Shown here: positions 58,836-64,000 of the stretch, one piece after another
Numbering within the stretch: position 1 is the first letter of the stretch
How the letters are laid out: every line of letters begins with the position of its first letter
Position numbers and translations under genes: made by a program
Source: Deltaproteobacteria bacterium
GTDB taxonomy: Bacteria; CALINM01
Assembly (NCBI GenBank): GCA_037442505.1
Contig: JBBIPZ010000001.1
Location: 37,229 to 101,228 of the forward strand
Length of the DNA: 64,000 nucleotides
Direction of reading: 5' to 3'
The notes under the pieces: model-generated
What the model was told of the DNA's origin: nothing
The model's database searches: none
The model's input: only the letters and a program-made list of their open reading frames with translations

Positions 58836-58989
58836 TGAGTTATTTTATCAGATATTTTAAGAATTTGAAATTGTTTTAAAAAAGTGTGACCGTTTAAAAC
58901 GCCACATTCTGTCTTTCTGAGCTGAAGGCAAAAAAAACGTTCCAAAAAAACTGAAAAAGAAAGTCTATTTTATAATATAATACTTTAAC

Positions 58990-59865
58990 ATGAAGTCAAA
59001 AAACATACTTTATATTGCGATTTTTGTTTCATTGTTGTTACATATACTTTTTGGCATTACAGTAGAAAGTTATCTGCGTTTTTTATTAAAAAAGGCACCT
59101 TTGACAGGAGAGCAGGAACATTACTTTGAAATTTTACCTTATACACCAGACAGGGGAGTTGAAACTTTTAAACCTCCAAAAGATGCACGTTTTTTAGGTG
59201 CTAAAAATATTAAGCCTGACGTTGAAACAATGCCAAAAAATGACATAATTAATGCACCAAAGGTGTTAGAACAAATTATTTCTGTCCCTAAACAGAACCA
59301 GGAGCAAAAAGAGTCGTTGCCGCAAACAGAAAAAAAAGAAATATCAACAGATATTAAGGCACACATTAACGAGAAATCACCTTCAGAACTAAAAAAAACA
59401 TCAGAAGAAAATAAACACACATCAAAAGAAGATAAATTACCATCATTTGAAAGGCTAATACCCAAAACGCCTGAACTCATAGCAAAGATGCCAAAGGAGG
59501 AAAGTATCAATTTAAACAGGGGCACGGTTAAAGAAGGCAAGCAACTGATGATTGCAACAAAAGAGTATAAATACTGGTCATATCTTGACAAGATGAAGAG
59601 AAAGATTGAGTTGCTCTGGCAGTATCCCGAAATTGCGAGGGTTAATGGCCTATCAGGGTCACTTAAGATAAGCTTTGCAGTTGATAAGAATGGAAAACTT
59701 AAAAATGTTGTGCTGGTAGAGTCTTCAGGATATAAATTTTTTGATGATGCTGCAATGAAGGCTCTAAGGGATGCATCACCTTTTGCCCCCTTCCCTGATA
59801 CGTGGGATGTGGAAAGGTTAAACATTGATGGTACTTTTATTTATGAGATAAAAGTGATAAGATAA
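58990..59865 (+). CDS. TonB-like energy-transducer protein (N-terminal TM anchor, Lys/Glu/Pro-rich linker, TonB_C-like domain)
   Basis: Single N-terminal TM helix. The C-terminus (LSGSLKISFAVDKNGKLKNVVLVESSGYKFFDDAAMKALRDASPFAPFP) resembles TonB C-terminal domains. Confidence 0.65.
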   Translation: MKSKNILYIAIFVSLLLHILFGITVESYLRFLLKKAPLTGEQEHYFEILPYTPDRGVETFKPPKDARFLGAKNIKPDVETMPKNDIINAPKVLEQIISVPKQNQEQKESLPQTEKKEISTDIKAHINEKSPSELKKTSEENKHTSKEDKLPSFERLIPKTPELIAKMPKEESINLNRGTVKEGKQLMIATKEYKYWSYLDKMKRKIELLWQYPEIARVNGLSGSLKISFAVDKNGKLKNVVLVESSGYKFFDDAAMKALRDASPFAPFPDTWDVERLNIDGTFIYEIKVIR

Positions 59866-59890
59866 AACATTAAGATTAAAAGAGGATAAC

Positions 59891-60691
59891 TTGGAACAGG
59901 CAATAGGTGTTTTTGACTCTGGTATTGGTGGATTAACAGTTTTAAAGGCAATAAAAAAACAGCTGCCCCACGAGAACTTGATATATTTAGGTGATACTGC
60001 AAGAGTTCCTTATGGTAACAAATCTAAAGACAATATTATAAGATACTCTATCGAGAACACGCAGTTTCTTTTAAAGCACAATATAAAAATTCTTGTTGTG
60101 GCATGTAATACTTCTACTGCAATTAGCCTGAATATTCTGAAAGAAAAATTCGCTATTCCGATATTAGGTGTAATAGAACCGGGTGCCAGACGAGCACTTG
60201 AGGTGACTCGTTCTGGAAGAATAGGCATAATAGGAACAGAGGCAACCATCAAAAGTGGTGCTTATGTTAGAGTGTTAAAAGATATGAGAAAAGATGTTAT
60301 AGTTTTTTCAAAGGCATGTCCCTTGTTTGTGCCAGTTGTAGAAGAAGGATTAACCAATGGGAAGATTGCTGAAGAGATTGTTAAACATTATTTAGAGTCT
60401 TTTAATACACATTTTATTGATACGATGATTCTTGGTTGTACGCATTATCCTCTTTTGAAAGGTTTAATAAAAGAGTATTTTAAAGGAAGTGTTAAAGTGG
60501 TTGATTCTGCTAACGAAACAGCTAAAGCTGTTAAGGAACTGCTGGAAAATAACAGGATGCTAAACTATGCTAAAAGCGATGGTATTTCTAAATTTTTTGT
60601 TACCGATGCGGCGGAAAGATTTTTAAAAATTGGAAAGACAATACTTGGTAGCAGTATGGAAGAGGTGCAGCTTGTCACTGTCGAAAAGTAA
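59891..60691 (+). CDS. murI: glutamate racemase
   Basis: IGVFDSGIGGLTV, VVACNTS and GCTHYP motifs. TTG start after a GAGG RBS. Confidence 0.9.
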   Translation: MEQAIGVFDSGIGGLTVLKAIKKQLPHENLIYLGDTARVPYGNKSKDNIIRYSIENTQFLLKHNIKILVVACNTSTAISLNILKEKFAIPILGVIEPGARRALEVTRSGRIGIIGTEATIKSGAYVRVLKDMRKDVIVFSKACPLFVPVVEEGLTNGKIAEEIVKHYLESFNTHFIDTMILGCTHYPLLKGLIKEYFKGSVKVVDSANETAKAVKELLENNRMLNYAKSDGISKFFVTDAAERFLKIGKTILGSSMEEVQLVTVEK

Positions 60692-62006
60692 AAACAAGAA
60701 TCTGAAAACAGATAAAAAGCAGCAAAATGCTGTAAACGAAAGCGTTATCGCAAAGGTAGAAGGACTGTCTTACAGCGCCTCAGGCGTCGCAAGATATGAG
60801 GGGAAGGTTGTTTTTATCCCTTATACTGTTACAGGAGACGTCGTAAAATTTTCTATCAAAGAGAACAGAAAGACTTATGCTGATGGCAGATTAGAGGAAG
60901 TATTAAAATCTTCACCATACAGGAGACCCGCTCCCTGTCAATATTTTGAACGTTGTGGTGGGTGTCAATGGCAGCATGTTCAATATAATTACCAGCTGTA
61001 CTCTAAAAAAATGATAACAAAGGATTTAATCGAGAGAATCGGTTTGATAAAAAACGTAAATGTTGCCGATACCAATAGTGCCAATAGTGAATGGAATTAC
61101 AGACAGAGGGTGAGGTTCCAGATTGGATTTACTGATGGAATGCCGTGTTTAGGTTTTAGTATATTTGGTAGTAACGAAGTGGTTGATATACAAAATTGTC
61201 ACATTGTTCAGAGACCAATAGTTGATTTGTTAAAACAGTTAATTACAAAGAAAAATGCAATCAAAAATTTTTATGATTTTGAAGTTTACTATTCCGAAGA
61301 GGGATGTTTTACATTTTCTGCTACAGCACGGCAAAACTGGGAACAACGTTTGGCTGAAGAGCTGTTTCCTCTTTTTAAAGGCGGTGTTATTAAAGAAATG
61401 AGAACGGGAAAAGTTTATAACATAAAAGAAGCAAACCTTTCGTATACGGTAAAAAACAGCATGGGAGACTTCAAGCTTAAAGTTCTGGCCGGTGGTTTTG
61501 TTCAGGCAAACCCTTATGTCAATGAAATAATATTAAATGTCCTGATTGATATTCTATCTGGATATAAAGAAATGCTTTTGTTAGAGCTTTATGCAGGATC
61601 TGGAAACTTTACGATACCTTTAAGCAAGCTTTTCAGACATGTTGTGGCGGTTGAAGCTGATCCATTTTCATTTAGAGCACTTAAAGAAAATCTTCCTAAA
61701 AATCGTGTAGTTAACGTCTCTGCTGTTCAGTCGAACGTATACGAAGAAGTATTAAAATGCTTCAATAAAAATAGGGAGTTTGATGTTATATTTTTAGATC
61801 CTCCACGTATTGGCGCAAAAGATGTTATGCCATTTTTGTCCAAGTTGAACGCAAAACGTATAGTATATCTTTCCTGTAATCCTTCCACCCTTGCGAGAGA
61901 CATCAAAGTGCTTTGTGATGCTGGTTATTCTTTGTCAAAATTAATACCATTCGATATGTTTCCTCAGACGTTTCACATAGAATGTCTTGCAGTTTTAGAT
62001 AGATGA
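60672..62006 (+). CDS. TRAM-domain 23S rRNA (uracil-C5)-methyltransferase (RlmD/RumA family)
   Basis: TRAM domain (VIAKVEGLSYSASGVARYEGKVVFIPYTVTGDVVKFSI), a four-Cys Fe-S motif (CQYFERCGGCQWQH) and a SAM-binding MTase (ELYAGSGNF, FLDPPR). The ORF track start (TTG at 60630) is 42 nt upstream. I prefer the TTG at 60672, which has a GAGG RBS, but the start is uncertain. Confidence 0.75.
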   Translation: MSLSKSKNKNLKTDKKQQNAVNESVIAKVEGLSYSASGVARYEGKVVFIPYTVTGDVVKFSIKENRKTYADGRLEEVLKSSPYRRPAPCQYFERCGGCQWQHVQYNYQLYSKKMITKDLIERIGLIKNVNVADTNSANSEWNYRQRVRFQIGFTDGMPCLGFSIFGSNEVVDIQNCHIVQRPIVDLLKQLITKKNAIKNFYDFEVYYSEEGCFTFSATARQNWEQRLAEELFPLFKGGVIKEMRTGKVYNIKEANLSYTVKNSMGDFKLKVLAGGFVQANPYVNEIILNVLIDILSGYKEMLLLELYAGSGNFTIPLSKLFRHVVAVEADPFSFRALKENLPKNRVVNVSAVQSNVYEEVLKCFNKNREFDVIFLDPPRIGAKDVMPFLSKLNAKRIVYLSCNPSTLARDIKVLCDAGYSLSKLIPFDMFPQTFHIECLAVLDR

Positions 62007-62007
62007 T

Positions 62008-62712
62008 ATGGCTAAGATTCTTGTACTTGAAGATGACAAGAAACTACAAAATTTAATTAAAGCTTATCTTGAGAGCACAGGCTATGATGTGCTTTTAGCC
62101 TCCAGTTTAAAAGAGGCACGGAGTATTTTGGATAAGGAAGTCCCATCACTTGTGATTCTGGATTTGATGCTTCCGGATGGTAATGGAGAAAGTTTCTCTC
62201 AGGAAATTAAAGAAATAGAAGAAATCCCTATCATAATGGTCACAGCAAAATCTTCTGAAGAAGATAAATTGTTGGGCTTTTCTTTGGGCGCAGATGACTA
62301 TGTGTCAAAACCGTTTAGTCCTAAAGAGTTGATTGCTAGGGTAAAGGCTGTATTGAGAAGATATGAAAAAGAAACACAAAAACAGAAAGTATTAAGTTTT
62401 GATAGTGGCAAAATATTAATAAAGCCGGAAAGTTTTGAAGTAGTTATTGATGGAAAAACTGTAGATTTATCCCGCACAGAGTTTAAATTGTTGCTGGTTT
62501 TAGCATCCTTTCCCAGCAAAGTATTTTCACGCATGGATCTTGTGGAGAAGGCTCTTGGGTATGAGTTTGAAGGTTATGAACGCACTGTAGATGCACATAT
62601 AAAGAATCTACGTCATAAAATTGGAGATGATCCTAAAAAACCTCATTATATTCAAACGGTTTTCGGTATAGGGTACAAATTCCTTGGCAAAAAAGATGTA
62701 TCTAACATTTAA
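62008..62712 (+). CDS. OmpR-family response regulator
   Basis: Receiver domain (ILVLEDD, LVILDLMLPDG, MVTAKS) plus winged-helix trans_reg_C. Confidence 0.9.
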   Translation: MAKILVLEDDKKLQNLIKAYLESTGYDVLLASSLKEARSILDKEVPSLVILDLMLPDGNGESFSQEIKEIEEIPIIMVTAKSSEEDKLLGFSLGADDYVSKPFSPKELIARVKAVLRRYEKETQKQKVLSFDSGKILIKPESFEVVIDGKTVDLSRTEFKLLLVLASFPSKVFSRMDLVEKALGYEFEGYERTVDAHIKNLRHKIGDDPKKPHYIQTVFGIGYKFLGKKDVSNI

Positions 62713-64000
62713 AAAAAAGATAATTATTGCGATCTTTTTTTTCTTTATATCAGCTTTGTTAGCACTTCTTTTTGTTGTTGAATCGGTAAAAAAAGACTTT
62801 TTTTACTATACTGAAGGTGAAAGAGAAGACGATGTTTATATTCTGACAAGCTATATTGAAACACAGTACGAACAAAATCTTGGATTTGATAAAGCGCGAT
62901 GTAACGATGTTGCTATGCTTGCGCTTTCTATGGGTTACGAAATGATGCTTTATGACAAAAATAATAACCTTATAACAGATACAAAAACTGCGATAAATAC
63001 TATGCTGCCTCTTGCTAAAAGAAGACACAGCCTGCATATAAAACAGTTTGAAGAATTTTTAAGGGAAAATAACAAAAAAGAGTACCTGATGTATGAGCTT
63101 TTTTTGAAAAACGAAGAAATAGGTTCAGTTTACTTAAGGCAGTTTGAAAAGAGAAGAACCCTCTTTTTTATTGAAAGAACAACACAGTTTTTATTGCTCG
63201 GAATCTTTGCAGCAGTTATAAGTTCACTCATATTAGGCATTTTCATAACCTCAAAAATTCTGACACCCATCTCAAAATTGCAGAAAGCTGCCACGGATTT
63301 ATCGAAAGGCAAAAAAATTGAATATATTGAAGTTAATCGTCGTGATGAGCTGGGAGAACTTGCAAAAGTTTTTAATAACATGGCAAAAAGCTTAAACGAG
63401 AGTGAGGTGGCAAGAAAATCAAGCATAACAAAGTTTGCACATGAATTAAGAACACCGCTCGCTGTGATACAGGGAGAGCTTGAAGCGATGCTTGATGATA
63501 TTTATCCTGTAACGAAGGAATCTTTAAAATCTATTCTTGAAGAGGTTTTAAGATTGAAAAAGATGGTGGAGGCTTTAGAACGTCTTTATGAGATTGAAAA
63601 AGAAGCCAAGGGTTTAACGATGAAGCAAGTGTCTTTAAAACCTTTTTTAGAAACCATACGAAACAGATTTTTACTAAAGGCTAAGGGAAAAAATAACTCT
63701 ATTGTCATTGATTGCGATGATGTAAAGCTTTTTACAGCCCCCGACTTGCTAACACAAATTTTATATAATCTTGTTGATAATGCACTTAATGCAACAGAAA
63801 ATGGTTCTGTCACTATACATGCAAAAGAAGAAGATTCAAAAATAGTTATTGATGTGATTGATACTGGAACGGGCATTCAAGAGCAAGACATTCCTTTTAT
63901 CTTTGAACGTTTTTATACTAAAAGAGAAAATGGTCTAGGGATTGGACTTGCAGTGGTGAAGGAAGCTATGGAGGTACTTGGCGGGGAAATAAAAGTCTTT
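62696..64000 (+). CDS. sensor histidine kinase (TM-HAMP-HisKA-HATPase_c); 3' end beyond the window; absent from the supplied ORF track
   Basis: Hand-translated frame opens at ATG 62696, 17 nt inside the response-regulator gene, and has no stop to nt 64000. Starts MYLTFKKKIIIAIFFFFISALLALLFVV (TM), then a HAMP-like segment, an H-box (ITKFAHELRTPLAVIQGELE), an N-box (LLTQILYNLVDNALNAT) and G-boxes (IDTGTGI, GLGIGLAVVK). Confidence 0.85.
   Translation, partial: MYLTFKKKIIIAIFFFFISALLALLFVVESVKKDFFYYTEGEREDDVYILTSYIETQYEQNLGFDKARCNDVAMLALSMGYEMMLYDKNNNLITDTKTAINTMLPLAKRRHSLHIKQFEEFLRENNKKEYLMYELFLKNEEIGSVYLRQFEKRRTLFFIERTTQFLLLGIFAAVISSLILGIFITSKILTPISKLQKAATDLSKGKKIEYIEVNRRDELGELAKVFNNMAKSLNESEVARKSSITKFAHELRTPLAVIQGELEAMLDDIYPVTKESLKSILEEVLRLKKMVEALERLYEIEKEAKGLTMKQVSLKPFLETIRNRFLLKAKGKNNSIVIDCDDVKLFTAPDLLTQILYNLVDNALNATENGSVTIHAKEEDSKIVIDVIDTGTGIQEQDIPFIFERFYTKRENGLGIGLAVVKEAMEVLGGEIKVF

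Noticed and set aside
60630-60671. Upstream TTG start giving a 62-nt overlap of the rlmD-like gene with murI
   Set aside because: A second in-frame TTG at 60672 has a GAGG RBS and reduces the overlap to 20 nt, while the TRAM domain starts well downstream of both. The shorter form was reported; it is uncertain without N-terminal data.
1-64000. CRISPR arrays, IS elements/transposases, toxin-antitoxin or phage-defence cassettes
   Set aside because: No spacer-repeat periodicity, no transposase/integrase/recombinase-like ORFs, and no small paired ORFs with toxin-antitoxin-like features were seen. The only short tandem repeats are the 12-mer pair at 42434 and the homopolymer tracts.

Overview
This is a 64-kb AT-rich chromosomal segment with roughly 70 protein genes and one tRNA. 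I found no CRISPR array, transposase or integrase, so it reads as core chromosome with several accessory-looking modules. The content suggests an anaerobic, Gram-negative-type bacterium (TatC, TonB-like, multiheme cytochromes c, hybrid cluster protein). All similarity calls are made by eye, without database searches. Contents, left to right:

- **1–9.7 kb:** a coenzyme-B12 acyl-CoA mutase / beta-oxidation cluster (partial hbd, crotonase, three acyl-CoA dehydrogenases, cobO, split mutase icmA/icmB, meaB, a second crotonase). The large subunit carries the Phe/Gln active-site signature of isobutyryl-CoA mutase.
- **9.7–11.5 kb:** a GT2 glycosyltransferase and a stand-alone DUF2156-like gene.
- **11.6–16.4 kb:** the hrcA-grpE-dnaK-dnaJ operon, with no CIRCE element visible upstream.
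- **16.4–18.3 kb:** yjbQ-phoH plus a small exported protein.
- **18.3–24.4 kb:** a long minus-strand operon, ruvX-mltG-M42 peptidase-argS-SPOR-tatC-DUF948-ytxH.
- **24.4–28.0 kb:** an HD-GYP/HEAT-repeat signalling module whose two adjacent proteins share an unassigned N-terminal domain.
- **28.1–31.8 kb:** trmJ-like methyltransferase, NYN/OST-HTH protein, GDT1, EamA and SPFH membrane proteins.
- **32.1–37.7 kb:** fba, flavodoxin, hisI-hisG, a histone-deacetylase-family enzyme, an MFS transporter and a DUF4442-like protein.
- **37.7–39.9 kb:** a multiheme cytochrome c-hemerythrin operon behind a 22-bp palindromic operator.
- **39.9–42.6 kb:** a GHL-like secreted protein, rarA and tRNA-Val(CAC).
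- **42.7–45.5 kb:** an hcp operon (hcp, PCP_red+CGGC protein, 67-aa His-rich ORF) with a divergent Fe-S-type Rrf2 regulator and a palindrome.
- **45.5–51.8 kb:** pstSCAB-phoU-phoBR, with Pho-box-like repeats and a Shine-Dalgarno-sequestering hairpin upstream of pstS.
- **51.9–58.8 kb:** a stand-alone octaheme cytochrome c, a TatD-radical SAM fusion, then metG-ricT-holB-tmk.
- **59.0–64.0 kb:** tonB-like, murI, an rlmD-like methyltransferase, and an OmpR-type response regulator plus a histidine kinase that runs off the window and is absent from the ORF track.

The best candidates for follow-up are the HD-GYP/HEAT module, the cytochrome-hemerythrin operon, the hcp-CGGC partner operon, the TatD-radical SAM fusion and the octaheme cytochrome.
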